Source: an uncultured Rhodospirillaceae bacterium
GTDB lineage: Bacteria > Pseudomonadota > Alphaproteobacteria > UBA8366 > GCA-2717185
Direction of reading: 5' to 3'
NCBI GenBank assembly: GCA_964474755.1
Contig: CAYYUG010000013.1
Span: 1 to 62,453 of the forward strand
Length of the DNA: 62,453 nt
This document shows, piece by piece, positions 30,489 to 40,098 of the stretch. Position 1 is the first letter of the stretch. The number at the start of each line of letters is the position of its first letter. Made by a program: the position numbers and the translations under genes. A model generated the notes under the pieces. The model saw nothing but the letters and a program-made list of their open reading frames with translations. It had not been told where the DNA came from and searched no databases.

Positions 30489-31274
30489 AAAATTTATCTC
30501 CGTTGTGTGCAGGTATTCTATAGTGTGTCCTTGTTCATTGTGAAGCAGGTGAAAACACTTAGGCGAACCGTAATTGGCCTCGCCGTGCATTAGCGGTGTT
30601 CGACGCATAAATCGCCAAGCTTTGGACAAGAAAATTCCATATGCGAGTCAAACGAACCGGTTTAGAAGACCTCGCGCTCGCGTCTGTTCGGTCTAAGCTG
30701 AAATTTCTGCGCTCTTTCGATAGTGGTACTGCTAGTGCAACGTGCTCAAAATAACGTGTATGCCGCTATTGCAGTGCTGGAACGGTCAATCTTCGTATAT
30801 TGAGAAAGGGATATTTAGCTAGAAATACTGCTTATACAGTGGATTTCTCTAAGGTGGCATGCTGCATGAAGTGTCACCTAAATATTTCAGGTGTTGTCGA
30901 TTTTTTCCAAACGTAAGAAGCCCATATGAGAAACTAATAGAACTTTATCGTCTGATATATTCTATGTAACAACGAATTCATCATCTTTGGTACCGATTAC
31001 GGTGCTCTTTCGTATTTTGGAAAATATTGACCCAATGCTAGTGCCGTCGGAGACTTATTGGCAATCTCTCAACTCGCCTTCATTACTTCCTGGCGCCAAA
31101 TTTTCGATCATCGCAATTTATGGGGAGCCTGTTCGCACCGTTGTTTGTAGCAAACTTAGCGCTAGATCTGATAATATGCCCTTCACAGTTCAATTGAAAC
31201 TTATGATGGATTTGATTTTGGGAAAATAGTTGAAGTTGACTGTGGGGTGATCAATTGTTTGGTGAAAGGTAGCC

Positions 31275-31994
31275 CTAAGGACCCACTGGTGCCTGATGCC
31301 GCCGTCTGGCGTATTCGTTCATATAGCCGGCCGCGCCGCTTATGCAGATTGATAGGGCGATCAGAATGATGCCAAGACCAAGCGCCAGAGATAGGTCGCC
31401 TTTGCTGACCTCAAGCGCGATCGCTGTGGTCATAACGCGGGTCAAATGATCTATATTACCACCAACGATCATCACCGCGCCGACTTCTCCGCTGGCTCGT
31501 CCGAACCCTGCCAGCACTGTAGTCGAGAGACTGAACCGGCCTTCCCAAAGCAAAGTTAACAGGGTTTGAGATAGGGTTGCATCAAGCGAGTACAACTGTT
31601 CGCGGTACTCCGTCCAAAGGTCTTCAATAGTCTGACGGGTGAGGGCAGCGATTATTGGGAGGATAAGCAAAAACTGAGCGATAATCATCGCAGTTGGTGT
31701 GAACAGCAGGCCGAGTACGCCGAACGGGCCGGCGCGCGACAGAAGCAGATACACGATCAATCCAACCACAACTGGTGGCATTCCCATTAGAGCATTCAAG
31801 AAAACGCTTAAGATCTTGCGACCGGGAAAACGGAAAATTGCGATCGATGCGCCGAGTGGAAATCCGACAAGGATCGCTGTCCCAACAGCGATAAAGTTGA
31901 CCTGTAGCGAACGACTGACAATTTCCATCAGGCTAGAGTCGAACGCGATAACCATGTTGAATGCGGTAAGTATGGCTGAGAAAAATTCTGGCAT
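31275..31994 (-). CDS. tupB: Tungstate ABC transporter permease
   Basis: MGMPPVVVGLIVYLLLSRAGP, AGFGRA..EVGAVMIVGGNI..TRVMTTAI. Confidence 0.9.
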   Translation of the reverse strand: MPEFFSAILTAFNMVIAFDSSLMEIVSRSLQVNFIAVGTAILVGFPLGASIAIFRFPGRKILSVFLNALMGMPPVVVGLIVYLLLSRAGPFGVLGLLFTPTAMIIAQFLLILPIIAALTRQTIEDLWTEYREQLYSLDATLSQTLLTLLWEGRFSLSTTVLAGFGRASGEVGAVMIVGGNIDHLTRVMTTAIALEVSKGDLSLALGLGIILIALSICISGAAGYMNEYARRRHQAPVGP

Positions 31995-32080
31995 GGTAGC
32001 TAGTATAGATCCTCAAGGCCGGGGTCGTTATGTTCCGAATTTTGTATGTTTGTGCAGTGTTTTGCCGCAGCGGAAGGTGA

Positions 32081-32923
32081 ATGAAAATTGCTATAAAACA
32101 TTGGTTGCATGTCAACCTGTTTGCCATGTTAATCGTCGTTTTGCTTGGCGGGCCTGACGCCTATGCCAAGGACCATGAGCTTATATTGGCGTCGACCACG
32201 TCGACTGAAAATTCGGGCTTGTTCGCTCACATACTGCCGATTTTCGAAGCTAATTCGCAAATTAAAATACGTGTGATTGCGGTTGGAACGGGACAGGCGT
32301 TACGGCTGGGTCGCAATGGCGACGCAGATGTGTTGCTAGTTCATGACTCTGCAGCGGAGAAAGCCTTCGTTGCCGCCGGCGATGGCGTGAATCGACGGCC
32401 TGTGATGTATAACGATTTTGTTCTCCTTGGACCGCGAAAAGACCCGGCAGGCATAACGGGGAAGTTGGATGCAGTTACGGCTTTGAGAGCTATTGCAGAG
32501 ATGAAAGCGGTTTTTGTTTCTCGTGGCGACGACAGCGGTACGCACCGGGTAGAACGACGGCTATGGAACTTGAGCGGCATTGACGTTGAAACAGCCTCGG
32601 GCACCTGGTATCGGGAAGCGGGTGCGGGCATGGGTACGGCCCTCAATATTGCGAGCAGTATTGATGGTTATATCATGTCCGATCGGGCAACATGGTTCAG
32701 TTTTCAAAACAAAGGCAATTTAGAAATCCTTGTCGCTGGCGACCCCCGCCTATTTAACCAATACAGTGTCATTCGGATTAACCCGGCACGGCATAGGCAT
32801 GTGGATGTGAGTACTGCGAAAGCGTTTGCCGATTGGCTAGTATCTGCTGCAGGGCAGCAGGCCATCAGCCAATTTCGCATCCATGGGCAACAGTTGTTTT
32901 TTCCCAACGCATTCGATCCCTGA
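32081..32923 (+). CDS. tupA: Tungstate ABC transporter substrate-binding protein
   Basis: ASTTSTENSGL, AVGTGQAL, MYNDFV, SRGDDSGTH, LFNQY. Confidence 0.92.
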   Translation: MKIAIKHWLHVNLFAMLIVVLLGGPDAYAKDHELILASTTSTENSGLFAHILPIFEANSQIKIRVIAVGTGQALRLGRNGDADVLLVHDSAAEKAFVAAGDGVNRRPVMYNDFVLLGPRKDPAGITGKLDAVTALRAIAEMKAVFVSRGDDSGTHRVERRLWNLSGIDVETASGTWYREAGAGMGTALNIASSIDGYIMSDRATWFSFQNKGNLEILVAGDPRLFNQYSVIRINPARHRHVDVSTAKAFADWLVSAAGQQAISQFRIHGQQLFFPNAFDP

Positions 32924-33165
32924 GTAGGAGGGGCAGATCGGCAGGTTTCAGCATACGCTTTCTCTTTAGATTTTGGTTGTTCCCAAGTCCGTATTAATTG
33001 TTACCGTCAATTGGAAAATTATAAAACGAAAGGTTCTTTATTGGTCAGAACGGCCGCAGTTTTGTTGGAAATATTTTTCTAGCTATCTCGGTTATTTAAC
33101 TTGTACACCTAGGCGACAATATTTTTTACGGCCATTTGTTGAATTAGAAATTAGCTGCGGCACAT

Positions 33166-33678
33166 GTGCGTGAAATCGGCGCCACTGTTTTCGCGTATCA
33201 CGTTCAAGACCCAGAGCGATATGGTGTGGTTGAATTCAATAAAGATGGCAAAATAATCAGCCTTGAAGAAAAGCCAACCGCTCCAAAGTCAAACTACGCT
33301 GTGACAGGCCTCTATTTTTACGATGAACACGCGCCAGCGTATGCAAAACAAATAAAACCATCGCATCGGGGTGAGATAGAAATCACAGACCTCAACAAAA
33401 TCTATCTAGAAAAAGGGCAACTCAATTTTGAACGAATGAGCCGTGGTTATGCTTGGCTGGATACAGGTACACATGAGAGCCTCGTCGAAGCACATCAGTT
33501 TGTGCAAACCATCGAACATCGCCAAGGCCTCAAGATTGCATGCCCGGAGGAAATCGCTTTTCGGCGCAAGTGGATCAATAAACAAGCGCTGGAGGCTTTG
33601 GCGCAACCGATGCTGAAAAACAGTTACGGCAAATATCTCATGCAAGTCATCAAAGAGTTAGAACAAGAAGGTCACTGA
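33166..33678 (+). pseudogene. rmlA: 5'-truncated glucose-1-phosphate thymidylyltransferase
   Basis: [37 protein letters not shown] present; the N-terminal GGxGTRL nucleotide-binding region is absent. Confidence 0.85.
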
Positions 33679-34210
33679 CACTAAAATTCCTGATGTCAAA
33701 ATCATTGGGCCAGTTGTGTTCGAAGACAAGCGTGGCTTCTTCTTTGAGAGTTTCAATCACAAGAAGTTTGAAGAAGCCATTGGATACGAAGTCACTTTTG
33801 TACAAGATAATCACTCGAAGTCTAAGAAGGGCGTACTGCGCGGATTGCACTACCAATTGCCTTCTCATGCGCAAGGCAAGTTGGTGCGTGTCGTGCAAGG
33901 CGAAGTCTTCGACGTTGCCGTTGATATTAGAAAGTCGTCGCCAACTTTTGGACGGTGGGTTGGAGAGATGCTCTCTGAAGAAAATAAGAAGCAACTTTGG
34001 ATACCAGAGGGCTTTGCGCACGGTTTTCTGACACTCTCGGAGACAGCAGAATGTCTGTATAAAACAACCAACTATTACGCACCTAATTCTGAGCATTCCA
34101 TACACTGGAACGATCAATTACCGGTCATAGATTGGCCAATACCTATCCAGACAAATTCATTAAAAGATCAAGAAACATTTAGCCTTTTGGCTGCTGAGGT
34201 ATTCACATGA
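33665..34210 (+). pseudogene. rmlC: dTDP-4-dehydrorhamnose 3,5-epimerase lacking its normal start codon
   Basis: [45 protein letters not shown]. No ATG precedes KVT, and an in-frame TAG lies at 33659-33661. Confidence 0.8.
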
Positions 34211-34276
34211 AATTTCTATCTAGCGGCAGAATAGGTTACGCTCGATTTTGATTGTTAATCCTTTACGGTGTGTTGA

Positions 34277-34945
34277 ATGCTGAAAATCTGGGGGCGGCGA
34301 AATTCGGTCCATACTCAGCGGGTGCTTTGGGCCTGCGAGGAAGCCGGTTTGCAATTTGACTTGATATTGGCAAGCGCGACCATGGGTCCGGATGGCCATG
34401 TCTCTGGCGGCGGTAGCGCTTTCGGCGTAGTTGATACACCGGAGTACCGGACGATAAATCCAAACGGTACTATCCCGACGATTGACGATAACGGATACAT
34501 CCTTTGGGAATCAAACTCGATCAGCCGATACTTGGCGCAGACTTATGCGCCAAAAGCTTTGTTCGGGGATGACATTAGGACGCTCGGTCTCGCCAGCCAA
34601 TGGATGGATTGGACAAATACACAGCTTGAACCCGCACTGCACATACTCGTGATGGAACTGGTTCGGCTTACCGAGGCGGAGCGAGAACCGGCTAATGTGG
34701 AGGCAACGCGTCTTAGCGTTTTGCCAGCGTTGCTACGCCTCAATGATCATCTTAGCACTCGGGCTTATGTCGCTGGTGATGAATTTACAATCGGCGACAT
34801 TGCACCGGCGACCACCATCCGTCGATGGTATCTATTCGCGTTGGATGCGCCGCCGATGCCACATCTGGCGGATTGGCAGGAGCGGCTCGCGCAGCGCGAG
34901 GGCTTTCGGCAGCATATCGAGCCAAAGATATTTCATTTGCGCTAA
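34277..34945 (+). CDS. Glutathione S-transferase
   Basis: IWGRRNS, INPNGTIPTI, LWESNSI, FTIGDI. Confidence 0.93.
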   Translation: MLKIWGRRNSVHTQRVLWACEEAGLQFDLILASATMGPDGHVSGGGSAFGVVDTPEYRTINPNGTIPTIDDNGYILWESNSISRYLAQTYAPKALFGDDIRTLGLASQWMDWTNTQLEPALHILVMELVRLTEAEREPANVEATRLSVLPALLRLNDHLSTRAYVAGDEFTIGDIAPATTIRRWYLFALDAPPMPHLADWQERLAQREGFRQHIEPKIFHLR

Positions 34946-34964
34946 GGCGCAACTAAAGTCACAC

Positions 34965-35440
34965 CTATCCGCCATATAAATATCTGGGACATTTGCGTCT
35001 TTCTCATTGGGAGGGCTCATGTCGTCTGGGTTGAGTACTGTACCGCATTCTGTTGATGATTTTAGCGGTGGCTTTGGAAGCTATGTTTCTTAGTTTTTTC
35101 AATCCCATAGATGATGCTGGCGAGACGGCAAAAGAGGGTAGTGGCAGGCATGACGTTTCCGGCGCTCTGGTGGTAACGATGGATTTTATAATAATTGACG
35201 AAGACACTGATATGATTTTGTGGAACGCTGGGTAGATAATAATTTTCGAGCAAGATGCGGTTATTCTATGTTTGGTGCCAAGGTTTTATCTTACCCGAGC
35301 CCTGCGGGTGATACGTATTGCTTCGAGCGCAGCGCATGCCCTGAACTTAATGAATATTCTAACTGATCCATCAGCGCATTCGTATCACCCGAGACAAGCG
35401 GCTATCGTGCTTCCATCATTGTGTGATCGAAGCCGGAACA
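34965..35440 (-). mobile_element. Degraded IS3/IS481-type (integrase-core) transposase 3' end
   Basis: Minus strand reads YHPQGSGKIKPWHQT*NNRILLENYYLPSVPQNHISVFVNYYKIHRYHQSAGNVMPA. This matches the recalled pattern YHPQTQGKIERWHQTLKNRILLENYYLP..FVxHYNHxRYHESLxNxTPA. In-frame stop at 35266-35268. Confidence 0.8.
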
Positions 35441-35679
35441 AAACGGACAAATTTGTGAATATGCTTGTTAGTTTGATTGTGGGAAGAAAACAAAGCCCGC
35501 AGGTCGCTTATTAGGCTATCAGGATCTTGTATCCAAGACTGTCTTGTCAGCACGGGAAACATCGCGCGCCAAGGGCTTTCGGATGCAAAGACTGAGGACG
35601 GAACAGAGCTTTAGTCTGAATAATCCCACGTGTGAGACTGCCTGCCACCATGTAAAAAATGTGATTTCGAGGGACTTTC

Positions 35680-38600
35680 TTAGTTACGTTTTTCACGCTT
35701 AGTGGAAGTGGCTGGAACATCTATCGAGAGCGCATCCGGAGTGAGTACGACGCCATAATCCTGGGCAGCCGCTGCCGCGCTGACAACACCATCTCGGACA
35801 TCTCGCAGTACAAGATCGGGTGGACGGGTGTAAGGGTCACCCCATCCGCCACCACCGGGTGTATTGGCGATAATACGGGCAGGTCCCAGCCGCCGTACAC
35901 CGTATTTGGGTGGCACGAACGTTGGGCCGTCGGTGGTTTCGTCTTTAGGCGAGACCCAGACTTCGCCAACCTCACCGGTTGCTCCGCCCTGGACGCCGAA
36001 GCCTGACGGCATGTCGAGGCCCTCAGCCCGGAACGACCAGGTGGCGGGGCTCAGTATATCAGCATCATAGCAGACGCCGGAACCGCCACGACGTGTGCCA
36101 GGACCAGCGGCATCGGTTCGGAATTCCCAGCGCCTGTAGCGTACCGGGTAGACTTGCTCGTGGTATTCAAGATTGGGCAGGTCTAGGCCGCCGAGCGAGC
36201 TTAAATGGCCCATTTGAGGGAAGCCATCGCGTTCGGCGGTGCCGCCGGGCGCTCCCATGGCGTGCCATTGGTACATAACCCAGGTGCGGCCTTCGTCGTC
36301 ATGACCGGAAATGTGGTTGTGTACAGTCTTTGACCAACCAGCGCAGGCGCGTGAAGGGTCTGCCTGCGCCAAAGCTTGCCAGACCGCATGTATTATTTCA
36401 TGGGCCACAAAGACAGTGTTCATTGTCATCGGCGCTGGCGGATTGGCATTCACGATCGAACCTTTTGGGGCGATTATCTTGACACAACGATAGGTGCCCT
36501 CGTTGCGGGGAATTGAAGTGTCAAAGAAGGATGATAGGGCTAGGTAAACTGAAGAGTAAGTGTTGGCAATCGACGAATTTTTGAAGCCGGCGATTTGGCC
36601 ATCAGTACCGGTGAAATCAACCTTTAGGTTCTCACCCGAAATAGTGAGCGCTACGCGGACTACCACATCAGCCTTGCGAAAGCAGTCATTGTCGGTTCGG
36701 TCTTCGCCGTGATATCTGCCGTCAGGAAGGGTTGCGACTGATTCCCTCATTCGGGCGTCGGCGTGATCAAGTATACCGGCGATATGCCGGATATAGGTTT
36801 CGAAGCTTAACTCTTCGACTAATGCCATAATACGTTCTTCGCCGATCCGAGTAGAGCCGAGCATGGCTCTGAGATCCCCATCCAGAAGCTCCGGCGTACG
36901 CGAGTTGATCAACAAAAGTTTCCAAAGGTCGTCGCGCAACTCACCAGCGTCAATTAGTTTACAAACTGGTAAACGGATGCCTTCCTGCCAAATTTCAGTG
37001 GCCTCAGGGTTGTAGGTGCCTGCAAGCCCCCCGCCGATGTCTGACTGATGAGCACGGTTGCAACAAAACCCAGCTAGCTGCCGCGTATCTGAAACAAAGA
37101 TTGGGCGCGCGATGACCCAGTCGGGTTGGTGGTTGCCGCCTGCGACATATGGGTCGGACAAGACGAAGACATCGTCGGGGTTAATGCGTCCCTCAAAGTC
37201 GTCGAGCAAAGCACGTACGGCGAAACCGCCACCTCCAGTGTGGATTGGAATACCGTCGGCGTTAGCAATCAGAGTGCCAGCAGGGTCGGTCACGAAGCAG
37301 GAGAAATCATGGCTTTGAGAAAAGATCGGGCTGCGGGCGGTGCGCGTCATGACCCAGCCCATATGTCGGCTAATCTGATCGAGTCGGTTTTGCATCAATG
37401 CTAAGGTCACTGGGTCGTGCCCCGCTGGTTGCTCCGTTGGGGATTTTGCCACCCACTCGGTTTGGCCTGATACATCGATTAGGAAATTGCCCGTAGCATC
37501 CACGTTTAGCGCGTCCGCTGGTCCGACTAAGACAGTGGTTGTGCTCTCCTCGACTATCAGTGGGCCATTTAGCCGATGGCCGGGGCCTAAATCTGAGCCA
37601 GCGTAAACTGCAGTCTCGAGCCAACCGTTTTCTCTGTGCCAGACCGGGCGTGTAGCTATCGGTGCGGGAGTGCCTTTGGTGAGTTCCAACTCGGGCGCGG
37701 TGGTCTGGCTGCTGGCAGCGGACGCCGTAACGTGGAGCGAGGCGAGCATGATCGTTCCGTCGGGCTGCGCATGCCCGTAAAGCCGCTGGTATTCGGTTTC
37801 GAATGCGGCGCGAATAGCAGTGGGATCAAATAGCCCTGGATCTAGCGGGACCCTGATTGGCCAGAGTTGGCCGCTGTAGTGCATCTCGGCTTCGCGTCTG
37901 AGCGAGATTTCTGGCGTCGAGAAGCCTTCTTCGGCCATGACTGCCTGTGCTTGCTCTACCAAATCCTTGAGATTGGCTTCTACCGTCGTCGACTTTATTT
38001 CTTTGAGCGAGCCCCTCAGGAAGCGAGCGAAGTCCTGGCGCAAATCAGCATGCAACATACCAGCGGCACACAAGGCGCCAGCATCACGCGGTACATAGAC
38101 CTGCTGACAACCAAGACCCCGAGCGATCACGGCACCGTGCATTGGTCCCGCCCCGCCAGCTGCAACAAGAGTAAAGCGAGCAGGTGCGTGGCCTCGTTCG
38201 ATAGAGATGTACTCGACTGCGTGAAGCAAATTTTGCTCAAGAAGCGAAATTATGCCTGCAGAAGCAGCTTCGATTGAAAGTCCCAGCGGCTTAGCCACGT
38301 GAGAGTTGATTGCCTGACGTGCGGCTGCAAGGTCTAAGCAAATACCGCCTTCTGCGTAGACGCCTGGGCGCATTCTACCAAGCACCAGTTGCGCATCGGT
38401 CACTGTGGCATCGTTACCGCCGAGGCCATAGCAGGCAGGCCCAGGGTTGGCACCTGCGCCTTCAGGTCCGACCGACAGCATTCCGGCCGAATCGACCTTG
38501 GCAATAGTTCCACCGCCAGCGCCAATCGTGTGAATGTCGATAACCGGCGTCGAAACGTGATAGCCGGCGATTGTGAGCTCATCCTTATCGGCAACACGAC

Positions 38601-39570
38601 CGTTCGACATCAACATAACATCACATGAGGTGCCGCCGATTTCCATGGAAATAAGGTTGCCAGCGTCTTTGGCGTCCTTATTTCCATTGTCGATGGCCCG
38701 ATTGAAGTACTGCAGAGCCCCGACCGCTGCAGACGGGCCACTCAAGAGCAGATTTACAGGCCGGGGAGCAATCCTGTCCAGAGATGCGGCGCCACCATTA
38801 GATTGGATAAGAAGCATCGGCCTGGGTAGCCCGAGATTATCCAGACGCTCTTCCAGTTTACGCAGATAATCAATAACACGAGGTGCCAGACTGGCATTTA
38901 CGACAGCGGTAGAGGTACGTTCATATTCTCCCATCAGTGGCGAGACGTCCGCTGAGCGAGTGATCCATTCGCCGTGCCATTTGCGACGTACAATCTTTTC
39001 AGCGTCTATTTCATGCGCATCATTGATGAAACTGTTGAAGAAGGCGATCGCAACTGCCTCGACGTCCTCCGCTGAAAACACATCTAGTGCCTCTTCAACA
39101 TTAGTGGCAGAAAGAGGAACCAGTTCTTGCCCGTCTTTATCCATACGGCCGCCTACGCTCAGTCGTCGATAGCGAGGCACTAACACAGGGGCAAAGGGCG
39201 CACGATGATCCCATTGGTCTTCGCGCAGACCCCGACGCAGTTCTAAAGCGTCCCGGAAGCCTTCGGTCGTCAATAGGCCGACAGTGGCGCCCTTGGCTTC
39301 AAGCATAGTGTTGGTGGCCACGGTGGAGCCATGTACGAAAAGGTTGCAGTTGCAGAGCACATTCTGGATATCCAGATTGAGATCGGATGCCAACCGTTTG
39401 AGAGCATCAATGACGCCTTGACTTGAATCTTCGGGAACCGAAAGCACCTTGGTTACCCAGGTAGCTCCGCAGCTATCGGCCATTACGAGGTCGGTAAATG
39501 TGCCACCTACGTCGACCCCGATGCGCCAAGGTGGTTTTGGTATTGTATATGCAGATTTTTTTTCAGTCAT
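35680..39570 (-). CDS. Fused hydantoinase/oxoprolinase A+B (ATP-dependent cyclic amide hydrolase)
   Basis: A half: GVDVGGTFTD, HGSTVATN, GGTSCD, GAGGG, GGAGPMH. B half: ARSPIF, HQPD, HQSDIGG, TPGGGGWGDP. 1296 aa. Confidence 0.92.
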   Translation of the reverse strand: MTEKKSAYTIPKPPWRIGVDVGGTFTDLVMADSCGATWVTKVLSVPEDSSQGVIDALKRLASDLNLDIQNVLCNCNLFVHGSTVATNTMLEAKGATVGLLTTEGFRDALELRRGLREDQWDHRAPFAPVLVPRYRRLSVGGRMDKDGQELVPLSATNVEEALDVFSAEDVEAVAIAFFNSFINDAHEIDAEKIVRRKWHGEWITRSADVSPLMGEYERTSTAVVNASLAPRVIDYLRKLEERLDNLGLPRPMLLIQSNGGAASLDRIAPRPVNLLLSGPSAAVGALQYFNRAIDNGNKDAKDAGNLISMEIGGTSCDVMLMSNGRVADKDELTIAGYHVSTPVIDIHTIGAGGGTIAKVDSAGMLSVGPEGAGANPGPACYGLGGNDATVTDAQLVLGRMRPGVYAEGGICLDLAAARQAINSHVAKPLGLSIEAASAGIISLLEQNLLHAVEYISIERGHAPARFTLVAAGGAGPMHGAVIARGLGCQQVYVPRDAGALCAAGMLHADLRQDFARFLRGSLKEIKSTTVEANLKDLVEQAQAVMAEEGFSTPEISLRREAEMHYSGQLWPIRVPLDPGLFDPTAIRAAFETEYQRLYGHAQPDGTIMLASLHVTASAASSQTTAPELELTKGTPAPIATRPVWHRENGWLETAVYAGSDLGPGHRLNGPLIVEESTTTVLVGPADALNVDATGNFLIDVSGQTEWVAKSPTEQPAGHDPVTLALMQNRLDQISRHMGWVMTRTARSPIFSQSHDFSCFVTDPAGTLIANADGIPIHTGGGGFAVRALLDDFEGRINPDDVFVLSDPYVAGGNHQPDWVIARPIFVSDTRQLAGFCCNRAHQSDIGGGLAGTYNPEATEIWQEGIRLPVCKLIDAGELRDDLWKLLLINSRTPELLDGDLRAMLGSTRIGEERIMALVEELSFETYIRHIAGILDHADARMRESVATLPDGRYHGEDRTDNDCFRKADVVVRVALTISGENLKVDFTGTDGQIAGFKNSSIANTYSSVYLALSSFFDTSIPRNEGTYRCVKIIAPKGSIVNANPPAPMTMNTVFVAHEIIHAVWQALAQADPSRACAGWSKTVHNHISGHDDEGRTWVMYQWHAMGAPGGTAERDGFPQMGHLSSLGGLDLPNLEYHEQVYPVRYRRWEFRTDAAGPGTRRGGSGVCYDADILSPATWSFRAEGLDMPSGFGVQGGATGEVGEVWVSPKDETTDGPTFVPPKYGVRRLGPARIIANTPGGGGWGDPYTRPPDLVLRDVRDGVVSAAAAAQDYGVVLTPDALSIDVPATSTKREKRN

Positions 39571-40098
39571 GATAGAACCTTTGTGGCTTAAAGCCGGTGA
39601 GGCTATCTGTCAGATCATCGGGCGAAATACGGGGCTGATTGGTGCTAAGAGAGGTGCGAAAGCGAAAATATTAGACGGTTGAAGAGTAATTACAGACCCT
39701 AGCAATTTTATAAGTGATGGCAAAAGTATCTGGCGTAGCCCGGCAAGTGAAATTGAGAACAAAAAATTAACTCAATAAGTTGATACTCTAGTGGGCCTTG
39801 CTTCAAGACTTATATGATAAAAGGGAAGGTTTGGTTTAAGATCTCTGCGTAAAGTGTGTTGCAGATATGTTCGTAAGGCGCGGTCAAAATAGTATCTGTC
39901 ACCTTCAGTGGTATTTATAAATTATTTAGGCTCGGTAAGTGTAGTATCGGATATTTATATTTTCTCTACATTCGACGACAGATACCACGCTAACGTTTTC
40001 GGCTTAGTTTCAGAAATGGTCTCTTTAGAGACCTTGTTTCCAAATAGGTAGGAGCTGTAATCGTCTTTGGATTAAATCATCTCTTACAAACGATTTTG

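Noticed and set aside
30630-31274. tupC remnant or the 80-aa ORF at 30987
   Set aside because: No Walker A or ABC signature found, and the ORF has no recognisable features.
32023-32050. ModE-like box in the tupB/tupA spacer (GTCGTTATGT)
   Set aside because: Only one half-site; no matching inverted half.
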